Assembly: GCA_000002445.1 (NCBI GenBank)
Contig: CP000071.1
Span: 1,280,001-1,344,000, forward strand
Reading direction: 5' to 3'
Source of the DNA: Trypanosoma brucei
Lineage: Eukaryota
DNA: 64,000 nt
The notes below the pieces were generated by a model, which was given only the letters and a program-made list of their open reading frames with translations, made no database searches and had not been told where the DNA came from. The position numbers and the translations under genes were made by a program. Below are positions 33,553 to 44,653 of the stretch, piece after piece (position 1 is the first letter of the stretch; the number at the start of each line of letters is the position of its first letter).

Positions 33553-34333
33553 CTGTAAGCGCATGTGTTTTCGTGTGGGAACAAAAGTGAAGCGTGCGGT
33601 GTCGTAAAAGAGAGGAAACGCGGGATGTCAGCTATACACTGAGGCTTCCACCACGTTCCTCCTACCACTACTTTCGATGATTGTTCCATTCAGTTAATGG
33701 TGGGTTAGATGGCCTAATTTCTTAAATTCTGATGCAACCAAGTAGGAAAAGCAACATAACATTGATAATAATGCTGGTGTCACACATGGAAGAAAAACTT
33801 CCACAACCAAAATAGAGAACACCGACGTGGGTATTCTCATGTTGCGTCGGTTGAGGACGTGGAAGTCATTCTATGCGAATGTTCAGTCAGCCACACGGTT
33901 TAACTTACGCAGAGGTGCTCCATCGTCCCCTCCACCACGGCCAGCAGAGACGAGTCGTGTGGAGGTGGCTGGAAGTAAGAAAAGGGATGGTTATTATGAA
34001 CCAAGCGACAAGCTCCGCGCCGATGCATATATATATATATTGTTAGTGTGTGCATATGTTTATATATACACATATATTTTATTCTCTTTTGATCCGCCAC
34101 CAGACTTGTTTTCTTTCAAGTAACATGCGCTCTAAGAAAGAGGGAGGCTGCGAGCGTGAAAGGTACAAATAAATCAATAAAATGAAATCAAAAAAGAAAA
34201 AAATGGACATCTACCCCGCCAAATTAAGAAACAATCTCCATGCTACAGAGGACCCGCGCTGCTTCCGCTACTTAGAAGGTCCCTGAGAGGATGAAAGGGG
34301 GAAAAAACAAAACAGTACAACGTTGAGAAGCGA

Positions 34334-34870
34334 TCAGCATACAAACTCCTTCTCACCACAGTTGTCGCAATGCAAGAAATAAAAGACTGGCCCCTTAGGG
34401 TCTGGAGACAAAGAAGGCGGGGAACAATCTACGCTATGGCGTTGCTTGCGGTTGGACGGATCAGCAAACAAAATGCTGCGCTCCGCTACAATACTCCAGG
34501 GTGCCCAGTCACGTTGACTAGGAGTTTGAGAAACAATTTGGCACGTCTCAAGATGATCATCTAAGGCATTATAAAAGTTTCGAATCAGGTCACTGCCATC
34601 GATACAAGAGAACGACATGGTTCTATCCTGATCGATAACAGCACCGCAGGGGCATGATGATCGGTTCGTGCAAAGATGTGTTCCCTCTTCTTTACTGTTA
34701 TTAGTAGGGGACTTAGCTGCGGGTCGCATTAGGTGACCATTCGGGCACCAGGGACATCTTAACAAATTTTGTGTGCCCCTTTGATCCGATGCCGGAAAAT
34801 TCCCTGAAGCCGGTGGAGTGCTGAGCTCATCTCGTCCCCGTTTTAACCGGTAGCTACCACTTCCTTCCAT
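34334..34870 (-). CDS. hypothetical Cys-rich protein (178 aa), possible zinc-ribbon
   Basis: Paired cysteines: CPWCPNGH, CTNRSSCPCG and CDNCGEKEFVC. ORF with coding-like composition. Confidence 0.5.
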   Translation of the reverse strand: MEGSGSYRLKRGRDELSTPPASGNFPASDQRGTQNLLRCPWCPNGHLMRPAAKSPTNNSKEEGTHLCTNRSSCPCGAVIDQDRTMSFSCIDGSDLIRNFYNALDDHLETCQIVSQTPSQRDWAPWSIVAERSILFADPSNRKQRHSVDCSPPSLSPDPKGPVFYFLHCDNCGEKEFVC

Positions 34871-35430
34871 TCAATCCTTAACCCAACCACTCCCCTGCGC
34901 CCTTCAATCAGCGGAGGGAAAATATTCGAAGGAAAGGAGGAGGAAATAAGGGCATTTATACAATAAGCTGGAAAAAGTGTGACGCGAAAGTGGGGTAGCG
35001 ACACGCATTGATGGTGGAACAGATACAAACAAAAAAAGGAAAGAGAAAGAGAAAGAGGAAAATGGAAAAAACAAAGGGAAGAAAACAAAAATAGGTATAC
35101 GCAAAAAAAAAAAAAGAAATAGTCACCAGCTGCTGTTTTCCTGTAAAACTGATACGGTGCATACAAAAGTTAATTCATGGTGCGTGCACACCAGCAAGAA
35201 GATTGCATGTTAAGTGAAAATTGAGGCAGCGGCAATGATAATGATAACCTCAATTCTTAAAAATGGACATCGTCATTCAACCACCATCATAGAGATATTA
35301 AGGTCCATACCCTTTCTCCAGAACGACAGGCGTTTGTGTTATTTTTTTTTCCCCCCTTCACCGTTTTACTAATACGTCTGCCCGTTTTGCTTATTTTGTT
35401 TGAATGTTGTAACCCTCCTTTCCCTTTTCA

Positions 35431-36456
35431 CTAAGCGCTGACAAGCGCTTCAAGTATGATTTTGATACACCGCTTCATTGCGGCATCAAGCTGATCACCA
35501 AGAAACATTTTCTTTTCCCCAACGCGTTTTGAGACGACGACGCAGGCGGCTCCAGCTTGATAACCCAACATGTCGGAAAGGTAACAAATGGCGCTCGTTT
35601 CCATCTCGATATTGGTAACGACCTCCACACCGTTGCTTAGGTTAAACTTCAGGCTTCCAAGTTCCTCCACCATATTTGGTACGGTAAGATGCTTCATGAA
35701 CCGCCCAACTCGGCGCCCCTGGCAACCGTAGAAACCGCTTGCGGTGGCTGTCGTCCCAATTACGTATTGTTGCTTATCAGCTTCTGATCCAGTGGCAGCG
35801 TTGTGGGCATCGCAGGCAGCACAAATGCTCTTGGTGATATTGGGATGCGCCATTGATGTGTAAATATCAATTGCACGAAGCCCCGTTTGCTCACGAACAA
35901 TACGGCGAATCTCTTGTTGGTCCTTTGATGTCTCACGAGTCCCAGCCGAGTAGTAGAGGGAAGTGTTGTCCATACCAATGGCGTGCCGCGTGACAGCAAG
36001 TGCCAGAGGGGGAACCGACTCAGCAGGTGAGCCACAAGTTCCGAGGCGGATGATCTTCATGGTGGAGGGGTCAAAGAAGGGACCAGCGCTTGGTGCATCT
36101 GCATCACCTTTGCGATGGCGCCACTGGCCACGCTCCATGTCATACTCCTTCAATGCGTGAATTTCATTCAGGACAATTTCGATGTTGTCCACACCCATAC
36201 CGGTGCTTATAACGGTAACTGGAGTTCCCTTGTAAGTTCCAGTGGCAAAACGAATTTCACGGTGATCACGGGAGGCGCGGATGCTGTCCTTGTCGAAGTA
36301 ACCGGAAATGACGTCTACCCGCCCTGGATCACCAACAAAAATGATGCGGTCAGCCAACTCATCGCTTTTGCACTTCAAGTGAAGTGTCGTCCCATCCTTA
36401 CCGATAGGTAAGTCGGTTTCCGACCCCTTCGTGCTTCCATTAGCGGATGCAGCCAT
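35431..36456 (-). CDS. uridine phosphorylase (PNP/UDP phosphorylase family), 341 aa
   Basis: PNP_UDP_1-family features are RIIFVGDPGRV, TGMGVDNIEIVLNEI, the ribose/phosphate-binding E near the C-terminus (NIEMETSAICY) and an overall length of about 340 aa. It resembles the kinetoplastid uridine phosphorylase I remember. Confidence 0.75.
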   Translation of the reverse strand: MAASANGSTKGSETDLPIGKDGTTLHLKCKSDELADRIIFVGDPGRVDVISGYFDKDSIRASRDHREIRFATGTYKGTPVTVISTGMGVDNIEIVLNEIHALKEYDMERGQWRHRKGDADAPSAGPFFDPSTMKIIRLGTCGSPAESVPPLALAVTRHAIGMDNTSLYYSAGTRETSKDQQEIRRIVREQTGLRAIDIYTSMAHPNITKSICAACDAHNAATGSEADKQQYVIGTTATASGFYGCQGRRVGRFMKHLTVPNMVEELGSLKFNLSNGVEVVTNIEMETSAICYLSDMLGYQAGAACVVVSKRVGEKKMFLGDQLDAAMKRCIKIILEALVSA

Positions 36457-36623
36457 TACTCACAATGTTATTGCCCTTGTTATATATTTGTAGTGTATTG
36501 CTTAGTTTTTTAAATCTTTTATGAACTTCCTTTATCCCCACAGCGAGAAAATGTGGCAATAGTTGCAAGAAACAAAAACAAAAGGTTCCTGTGGCAGCGC
36601 AAAGAAGCAAATTCAAATCGATC

Positions 36624-36630
36624 ATATGCA

Positions 36631-36663
<33 letters not shown>

Positions 36664-36665
36664 TC
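36624..36665. repeat. (TA)n microsatellite
   Basis: catatgcatatatatatatatatatatatatatatgtatat. Confidence 0.9.
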
Positions 36666-37566
36666 ATATCACAAAACCAAAATACACACACACAAAAAAA
36701 AAGGGAGCTACATCATGAGTTAACGATGTGATCTTCCGGTCCCTGCGGGAAAGGCAATAACCTCGTAGCTCACCTACAGTGCAGCACGTGTTTAGGTGCA
36801 CCTTACACGTCCAAAACGAGCGGAAACAACGACTGAGTGAAAACGAGGAGAATACGAAGGTAATACCGCAGTCCAGCACAATAAAATAAAACGGTAGTGC
36901 TTTCACCATTGTAATCGTAACTGCATTGTTCACGCACAGCTCCTCTAAAAATACCCCCATACGTTATGATGCGTCGTTCTGTGCAAATGCCTGATGGGGA
37001 CACGCGGGAGAAACGATCGAACAAATAACCGTTGCATTCGCCGTTTCCTCTCCACACAATCCCCTGTTGCGGGTATCTTTTCCTCCTCTCAGGGAGGATG
37101 AGAAGTAAGAGTGAGTAAAAGCTTAACAACAAAAAGTGGCATAACTCACGTGTATGATACTTCCCGTCTGCGACAATAAAGCGTTAAGGAAAGGGGAAAA
37201 ATGGGAGAGGGAGCGGGTTAAGACACTATAAAGTAAAACCTTGGATTTCAACAAACGAGAATAACGGTATTAAAGTGAAGTTCCGAAACCCTTACAAAAA
37301 TGAGGGTAACGCGCAACACCAGCAATAAGTTAGATTAAACAAAGCCATAACACCCTCGAATCGACCTGCACCCTCCCCCCATCCCTTCTTCCCGCCTTGT
37401 ACCACAGCAGCAATACAGCCGTTGCCCAAAGTGAAGGAAGTTCATTTAAGAAGATTTAAAAAACAAACAAGAAAACGACGGCCAAGACAGCCGATTTTAA
37501 TGTACAATAGAGGTTTCCAGGCGTGCAGGGTAGGGGGATCGCGGGAATGTGACCCCGGGTGTTGTT

Positions 37567-38670
37567 TCAACCACTTTGGTGTGCCCTGTCTGCCCAAAGT
37601 TTTGCATATTCGTATGATGTAGAAGCCAACACGCCGTCAATAAGACACGTCCCAATGTTTAGGGCGAGGCCACCATAAAACCCCAAAATACCACGGGTAC
37701 GATACACCTCACACGTGACTCCCCAAAGGCGTGCCTTAGGGGCCACTTGCAGGTTCGCACGCACAACTAAATACGGATTGAAAATGACTGCAGTTACCGC
37801 GCTTGTAATTACAGACGCCACAGTATTTAATGCAACGTTGTCATCCCTCGCGAGCAACCAGCGCTTCCAGGACAACCATGAGGAAGAAACGAAGACGGGC
37901 TCCGTCACTGGGTCCTCTCTCCCATCCAACAAGAAGCCGTCTGCAGCGGCATACAGGTAGCCCTTACTGACACCGTACATCGCCCACCATACGGCCGTCC
38001 ACTGGCAACCAATAACAAGTGTTGTGCCGTAGCCTGCATAAATTGTCCTCAGCCCTCCCTCGCGGTACATGGAGGCAAATGTATGAATCATACAACCGGA
38101 CTTGACGGCCCTGCCTCTTTGAACACCCTCACAATTAGCTGTCATCTGTCGAAGTGCCACAATACTCAGTGGAAGGTGCACAAGCCTGCACAGAGCGTCA
38201 GCGATATAGCCAGACACGGCGTCACGAGTTGGTTTGTTCGCTAGTGGTATATTCTCCCGGCTGTACTCAAACAACCACAGGTAGATTGCCTCGCTTAGGG
38301 CACATCCAAGTGCGAGGGCTGCCATCCCTTGCGTTAAACCAAGTAACCCACCTTCCGTATTGTACACGAGTCGGATGATTTGCCGGGTCGTCATTTTATT
38401 TGCAACAGAGCTCGTTTGCTTGCGCGCGAGGGCAAGGTTGAGCGGTTGCTGCGCCGCTGTGCGCAACCAACATAGGATGACGGCATATGTTACAAACCAC
38501 ATGCTATCCAAATCCGAGTAGCTACGGTTTAAACTGTTCGTGTGTTCGTGCGGACCCAACTCCGCTGTGGCCGTCCCACCATCGAATTCAGTCGGCGCGT
38601 CTCCTGCTGTGTGTTTCTCAATGTTACTTTGGTTCTCCTCAGGCTTTTGAGCCCACGGTACATCCGACAT
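37567..38670 (-). CDS. divergent mitochondrial carrier family (SLC25-like) protein, 367 aa
   Basis: Three-fold pseudo-repeat with degenerate carrier signatures: PLNLALARKQ, PLSIVALRQM, NPYLVVRANLQV. Six hydrophobic helices follow an N-terminal extension of about 90 aa. Confidence 0.6.
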   Translation of the reverse strand: MSDVPWAQKPEENQSNIEKHTAGDAPTEFDGGTATAELGPHEHTNSLNRSYSDLDSMWFVTYAVILCWLRTAAQQPLNLALARKQTSSVANKMTTRQIIRLVYNTEGGLLGLTQGMAALALGCALSEAIYLWLFEYSRENIPLANKPTRDAVSGYIADALCRLVHLPLSIVALRQMTANCEGVQRGRAVKSGCMIHTFASMYREGGLRTIYAGYGTTLVIGCQWTAVWWAMYGVSKGYLYAAADGFLLDGREDPVTEPVFVSSSWLSWKRWLLARDDNVALNTVASVITSAVTAVIFNPYLVVRANLQVAPKARLWGVTCEVYRTRGILGFYGGLALNIGTCLIDGVLASTSYEYAKLWADRAHQSG

Positions 38671-39508
38671 CGGTATTATTGGCTTGCAATAACGCTGCTA
38701 TTAAACAATAATTGGAAGCAGTTACAGTGGAAATGCACCCAGATCCCCGAAACAGTAATGATGGTAATAGGAGGGATAATTATCGATGAACTCTGAAAAG
38801 CACAAGTGGGTCGAGGTCGTCGGGGTACACCGGCTGAGCTGTGATTCCTACCAACAGCTTTCCCCGGGAGGGGGGGGGGAGTTGAGTACCTTTAACGCTA
38901 AATTTGCTTAGCCCTTGCTCCCTCTATTGCTACCTCTGTTAAAACCTTATCCCGGCAAGATTGGGTGAAGATAGAGGAACAAAATAAGGAAAAGACAAAA
39001 AGGAAAAAAAAATGAGCAAATAACAACGATACCAACTGTGACCTCGCATCGGGAATGACAAATGCTAGGTAGAAACGTTAAAAGGGAATAGAAGTAGCAG
39101 CTGATGGTACGGTTTCAGCGAAGAAAAGAAAAGAGATGTGTGTGTCGCAAGGAAGTAACACACCGGTGTGCATAAAGGTATAGACTACCACACCTTCACG
39201 CTCAGCACTCGATTTCACCAGTTGCTCTTTATTTTTCTTGTGTGTGCTTCTTCACACCGAGTAATTGACGAGCGTCAAAACAACAGCCATGAGCACTCCT
39301 TCTCCTTAGGAGAAACTCCCTACGGCTTCCTGCATACGTTATTATATTTTCGTTTAATCGCGTTTATACTTAGCACGATGGTAGAAGGCACGGCCACACC
39401 AGACTGAGGTGCGAGAGGTGTAACACGAACACACACACACACACACTTCTCCACGCATTGACACGTTTGCATCTTTTTTTTTCCTTTCTGATTACCTTTA
39501 ACGATTAA

Positions 39509-40795
39509 TTACGACGGGTCGCGCTTAACTCGGGGCTTGGTCGCCTTCACCGATGAAGATTTGGTGAGATGTTGCGGTTTTACCGTCTTTTTGTCCTCCT
39601 GAGGTTGCTTTCGCTGTTTGGGATGTGTCCCTTTTTTATTCACTGGACTATTCTTCCCCGACACGTTTGAGGCTGGAACTGTGGCTACTGAAGAGGAAGA
39701 CACGACCGTTGACCGCACCCCACCACCTTTATTTTTCTTTCGTCCTCCTGCCACACCATTTGCATTGCTGCTTCCATTCTGCTTCTTGCCACTAACCCTA
39801 CTGCTGTCGTTACTGCCGACCCCTCTTTTGCTTGCTATTTCCTGGCACTTCTCCTTTGGCCCGCGTGCCAAGGCACTTGGTGGCACCCTTTCCAACTGTT
39901 TGCAAAAGTCATGGCATGCGTAGTCTATACCCAGGGCTTTCAGTTGAGCATTGTTTTTCTTCTCAGTTTTCGAGTACTTTATAAGGGCGGCTATGGGATT
40001 CTTGTAACGAACGTCATGTTGTTGTAGCGATATGCCCTTTGTTTTATAGGCGTATGCCAACTGGCGGCGCTGCTTCACTTTTTCCTTCGGTGGCATAGGA
40101 CGGTGGAGGACTGCCACACGGGCCTGTACGCAGAAGCCACCAAGTGCCATGCCATGACATTCTTCAACCACGATAGGAAGCACCGACTCATCATCAAACT
40201 GCACGTAGGCGATTCCTTTCGACTGATGTGTACGACGACTGCGAACACAGAAGCAGTTGAGCACTTTCGCACCAAATTGAGAAAAAAACTTGAACAATTC
40301 CGTCTCTTGAAACTCCGGGGGAAGGAAACGGAGGCGGAGTACAGAATAGGAGAGCCGCGTCCCCTCTCGCTTTGCCTTCTCGAAGGGATTCTCCTTCTTA
40401 TCGCTTTCCTCCTGGTCATCGTCACTGGAATCACCACCAAAGTCGTCACTCCCTATAGATTCGTCGTCGCTGCCACTGCTCTCAAGGTCATCCACGTCGC
40501 TTTGGTTTTCAGTTTCATCATCCAATTCCTGAGGGACGGAGTCCTCGTTTTCATCACGCAACCGCTTCTTGGATTTTATTATACCACTGGACTCCATGCG
40601 TCTTGCCGCAGCGGCGGCTGCTTTGCGAGCAGTCGAGTTGTCGTCATGGTTATCATCCTCGAAAGTGACGCGAGGCCGCTGTGCTTTCTTCTCCACACCG
40701 ACAGTTCGGGTTTCAACTCTCGACTTGGAAATCTCACCTGCACGCTTGACAACGGCTTTGCTCTTTGGGGGCACCTTCTTCGCCTTGATCCCCAT
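39509..40795 (-). CDS. nucleolar RRM protein, Nop15/NIFK-like (428 aa)
   Basis: Single RRM (VLRLRFLPPEFQETELFKFFSQFGAKVLNCFCVRSRRTHQSKGIAYVQFDDESVLPIVVEECHGMALGG) followed by the VLHRPMPPKEKVKQ motif typical of Nop15/NIFK. Acidic Ser/Asp N-terminus and a Lys/Ser-rich basic C-terminus. Confidence 0.65.
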   Translation of the reverse strand: MGIKAKKVPPKSKAVVKRAGEISKSRVETRTVGVEKKAQRPRVTFEDDNHDDNSTARKAAAAAARRMESSGIIKSKKRLRDENEDSVPQELDDETENQSDVDDLESSGSDDESIGSDDFGGDSSDDDQEESDKKENPFEKAKREGTRLSYSVLRLRFLPPEFQETELFKFFSQFGAKVLNCFCVRSRRTHQSKGIAYVQFDDESVLPIVVEECHGMALGGFCVQARVAVLHRPMPPKEKVKQRRQLAYAYKTKGISLQQHDVRYKNPIAALIKYSKTEKKNNAQLKALGIDYACHDFCKQLERVPPSALARGPKEKCQEIASKRGVGSNDSSRVSGKKQNGSSNANGVAGGRKKNKGGGVRSTVVSSSSVATVPASNVSGKNSPVNKKGTHPKQRKQPQEDKKTVKPQHLTKSSSVKATKPRVKRDPS

Positions 40796-41192
40796 GATTT
40801 AGGCACACACAGAAACACACAAAGCAAATACGCTAGTAATTGAGTCCTTATCTCACTCCCTCTTCCTCCGGTGGTGCAACCAAAACTACAGATACCGTGC
40901 GCAGTGGGGGAAAGAAGGTGCACAGTCAGTCATAAAAAAGAAACAAGCAAAAACAAGGTAGGGAGCAGAACAACGTAGACGTAAAATACTCGAGGGGAAA
41001 CCCCAAACAACATGGTGAGAAACAAGTGACTGCCGTGGTCAGTTGTGTTGCTTGTCCGTCATTGGCGTAGTGGTTGGCAAGTTCATTTACATCTAATGAA
41101 TCCACATAAACACACACGCTCACGACTTCAGTATACAAAGCGCCTCTATATTCTAAAGTATACTGCCAAATTATGTACATCCACACTACCAA

Positions 41193-44100
41193 TCACGTCC
41201 TTTCCTTCACACTACTGCCGAGGAGAGGTGCCGCAGGCGTATCAACTCCATAACGATCTTTTCCCAAGGTCCCGTTGCGGCACAACCCGTTGTACCAAGC
41301 CATTGCATCTAACAATGTTGAGCCCTGATTTCTCCCCTGCACCTGGGTTCCTGTGCCAATCCTTGATCCCACCGACCCTAAACCATCTCTGCACACTTCC
41401 TTGTGCCAAGCAGCTACCAGCTGCTGCGCCATTCCTCCCAAACGTGCGATGTTATTCGTGCTTTCATCGGTTACAGCGAGCTTCCTCGAGAAAATTGTCT
41501 CAGAAAAGTTAGTCAGTGCCAAAATATCAGAATACATGGCTTGGAAAACAGCCACCCACCGCCGTGAGGATATGTTTTCTGGAAGGTTCGCGGATCGTTC
41601 AGGAAAAGAATTACCTGAGCGACAAGACACATTGATCTTGTAGAGCCAAGTTACACGCTGTGCCATATTCTCGTTGATGGTAGTTTCGTACGCAACTGAT
41701 TGCTTCTTCCCACCGCTCATCCGGAAGGAACCATTCTTGACAGTACCCGGAGAAGCACCGGAAGGCGTGGGGGCAGCCCCACCGTTTTGTCGTCGCACGT
41801 CACGAGTTAACCGAATCCTCCCCGGGCTTCCCTCCGTTCCACTTAGTTCGTCTTGGGGAAAGAGCAGAAGGACAGCCTCTGACAACGCAAGTGGGTAGCA
41901 GTCGCACAGGCGACCGGTCGCTAACAGGGAACCAATTAACGGGCTTTGGACAAGGGAGGGGCCCGATTGAGGGATTTGAACCCACTTGGTCGTCGCGGAT
42001 GCAACTGCTGGAGGTAACACTGGTGAAAAGAACGACTCGACAGCCTTCTCAGGCGCGTCTTTGAGAGCCCTGAGCACATCCACTGCAACTTCCTGCGGCT
42101 GCAAGAGTGCCTGACTCTCATTCTGGTGAGGAATGTCGTTAAGACACAGGGATAGTTGCTCCGCGATGTACAGCCGGAGATTCGCCGACCCCGGACGGCG
42201 GAGTACTTGACGAATGTTTCTCATGATAACCGCCAGCTGATACACAACATGATCGGGTAAGTTCCTGTGCTCTCCATCAAAAAATGAATCGGCTTGCACC
42301 AGGGAGGCAGGGGACACTGTAACCGTACCGGAAGGACTAATGCAGTTACTCCATGTTTTGTCACATGTCCAACCACAAAGACGTTGCAAGGCACGCCGTA
42401 ACCATCCGACACAAACGCAGGTGAACAACGGGGTGGTTGGTATTGAGCAACAACTACTCAAAAGCGGGAGAATTGTGTCAATCAAAAGTTCTCTGGAGCA
42501 ACCACGGCTGACAAGTACCTCTGCGAGACGCGCGCCCGCCAGCCGCACAACAGTTGACTCATGCGAGAGGGCACCGATGACGTGATACCCCGCGATAGTG
42601 AAGATGGTTTCGGAAAGTGAATCCTCCAATCCCAACTCTGCGCTACTACGGGCGGAGTCCAAAACCGAAGACATCCTCTGGGTTTTGTTAGCGGAGCCGC
42701 CGCCAGCCCTCGCATCTCGTGTCACGCGTGTGACAACGGCAGCCAAAAACAGTAAAAAACTCGTCCTGGCACTCGCACCACCCTGTTGCGTTACAACATT
42801 GTACACATGCGATACGATGTCAGGGAGTAGTTTTAATGCTATAGCTCGGTCGGCAGGCAACGCAGAGCAAAGGAGCGCAGCATGATTGTCGGCACCAATG
42901 TGGTCTAGTCGTCGCATCGCTTCCTTTGCATTATGAAGGATGTCGTCACGGTACAACGAAACAGCAAGAAATGCATCCACGTCGGATATGTTTGACATCA
43001 CCGAAGCGAGAAACATGTAGCGCTGTGACGCATGCTGACCACTCGCTGATGCAGCCGAAGAGGTTAATTTTAAAAGATCACTCGTGTTTCGTCCTCGCGG
43101 CGAACCTGGCACCGACTGACAGCGCTGTGCCCTCTTCGGCGGTTCTCTAAGGAAAAGGGCAGCAACTTCAGAAAGGTTACTGCCATCACGTAAGATTATC
43201 GCTGCTACATCACCAACACGCGAAAGTAGGGAGCTCCATACACGGCACTGTAATAAGGTGCCGACAGCCGTTTCATCACTTAGAAAACAGGAAGTATAAG
43301 CAGCCTCGTCACGAATTTTAATACCGGGTGAGCGCTTGGACAATTGAGACGGCGGAGGTTTCAGACCGGCCCCTTGACTGCGCACGATACCCTCAATAAA
43401 ATTGAGGGCGGACATTTCTTCCGTATAGGTTGGCCCTAGGTCTCCCAAATCTGGATCCACATCCCTTGTGCTTCTTGAAGACCGCCTCCCTGCTTTGCCC
43501 CCAGTAGCGCAGACAACTGTTGGTTGAACTTCTGAACGACGCATGGAAATACTAAACGCTACAGGAGGTCTCTCAGTACCTTCAGCACCACCACCACCAC
43601 TGGAACCCACATCTTCGTCAGCAGGGTCTTGTGCCATGGAGTGAAGAACACGACTGGAGGCATCATCCACAGCAGGAGGCGGTACCTCGTTCTCCATCGG
43701 CTGTATTGGAACAAACCCGCGTTGCATTATGCCACGAACTCGATTTGACTGAACTTTCCGCTCCTCCACATGGTCAGCAGTGGCCTCAATATCCACCTTC
43801 TTTGCCACGGACGTGTGTACAACTGTTGGTGGGGTAATTTCCACTGCAGGAAGCGGTGCGGCTTCGAGGACCTCACGCCCTGTCAACAGTGTATACAACT
43901 GCCGCAACAGAGATTCAGCATAACCCTCGCGGCATGCTATTAGTCCCTCTATCATACGGTCGCTTAGTGGACAGTTGTTCTGTTGAAAATGCTTCTTTAG
44001 TTGCTCCCAGTTGTTGCGCTTGTTCACCACGCTTAACTTATCCTCGTAGGAGTGCATGGAAATGTTTTTCCAATAACGGGAACAAATGGTCGCTACAAGA

Positions 44101-44222
44101 AATCCGTTGGACAGGTCACGCCTCGGGAACCGCAAAAAACGTGGAAGCTGCAGACACCTCAACCAAGCGAGGACTTCCCGGGGTAGTCCCTCATGTTTGA
44201 ACTGACAATGAGTTTCTAGCAT
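41193..44222 (-). CDS. hypothetical protein (1009 aa) with an N-terminal SPEF1/CLAMP-type calponin-homology (CH_2/DUF1042) domain; likely a flagellar or microtubule-associated protein
   Basis: N-terminus VLAWLRCLQLPRFLRFPRRDLSNGFLVATICSRYWKNISMHSYEDKLSVVNKRNNWEQLKKHF, matching the SPEF1 consensus ...W...L.L...RRNLSRDFSDG.LVAE...HY.P...ELHNY... The remainder is long and Ser/Ala-rich with no recognised domain. Confidence 0.6.
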   Translation of the reverse strand: MLETHCQFKHEGLPREVLAWLRCLQLPRFLRFPRRDLSNGFLVATICSRYWKNISMHSYEDKLSVVNKRNNWEQLKKHFQQNNCPLSDRMIEGLIACREGYAESLLRQLYTLLTGREVLEAAPLPAVEITPPTVVHTSVAKKVDIEATADHVEERKVQSNRVRGIMQRGFVPIQPMENEVPPPAVDDASSRVLHSMAQDPADEDVGSSGGGGAEGTERPPVAFSISMRRSEVQPTVVCATGGKAGRRSSRSTRDVDPDLGDLGPTYTEEMSALNFIEGIVRSQGAGLKPPPSQLSKRSPGIKIRDEAAYTSCFLSDETAVGTLLQCRVWSSLLSRVGDVAAIILRDGSNLSEVAALFLREPPKRAQRCQSVPGSPRGRNTSDLLKLTSSAASASGQHASQRYMFLASVMSNISDVDAFLAVSLYRDDILHNAKEAMRRLDHIGADNHAALLCSALPADRAIALKLLPDIVSHVYNVVTQQGGASARTSFLLFLAAVVTRVTRDARAGGGSANKTQRMSSVLDSARSSAELGLEDSLSETIFTIAGYHVIGALSHESTVVRLAGARLAEVLVSRGCSRELLIDTILPLLSSCCSIPTTPLFTCVCVGWLRRALQRLCGWTCDKTWSNCISPSGTVTVSPASLVQADSFFDGEHRNLPDHVVYQLAVIMRNIRQVLRRPGSANLRLYIAEQLSLCLNDIPHQNESQALLQPQEVAVDVLRALKDAPEKAVESFFSPVLPPAVASATTKWVQIPQSGPSLVQSPLIGSLLATGRLCDCYPLALSEAVLLLFPQDELSGTEGSPGRIRLTRDVRRQNGGAAPTPSGASPGTVKNGSFRMSGGKKQSVAYETTINENMAQRVTWLYKINVSCRSGNSFPERSANLPENISSRRWVAVFQAMYSDILALTNFSETIFSRKLAVTDESTNNIARLGGMAQQLVAAWHKEVCRDGLGSVGSRIGTGTQVQGRNQGSTLLDAMAWYNGLCRNGTLGKDRYGVDTPAAPLLGSSVKERT

Positions 44223-44653
44223 CAGAATTTCTTATATGATCTCAGATATACTTATACGTAAACAGGTGAACTGATAAAATTACGAAGGCCGCACTAGTGG
44301 CCGATGTAACACTTCGGCGGCCCCGTTGCTTTTAGTGCAGTCCCTCTCCAATCCAATGTGCGTAGGCCGTCCCGCCGGCAATGATATTTATTCTTCGCTC
44401 AAACCAATTTGCTAATATTTCGTTGAAAAAATGTTCCCAAAAAAGATTTTAACGCAGGATGAAAGTAGAGAAGGTGATATGCACAGCAGCGACAGCTCAG
44501 TAAGCAAACGACACCCAACACTCAATTTTTTTTTTAAATCAGTCGTCACAAGCAGCGCACAAATTTCTCAAGTGGACGAAGAATGGCGTAAAAACGAGTA
44601 TGTGCCTCGTCGCGCTTTTACTCCTTCTCTTCATATCACCTCTGGGGCTCATC

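Noticed and set aside
40103-40843. Plus-strand 246-aa ORF
   Set aside because: It lies entirely antisense to the Nop15/NIFK-like gene (39509..40795). It has no domain, and the open frame is a by-product of that gene's biased codon composition.
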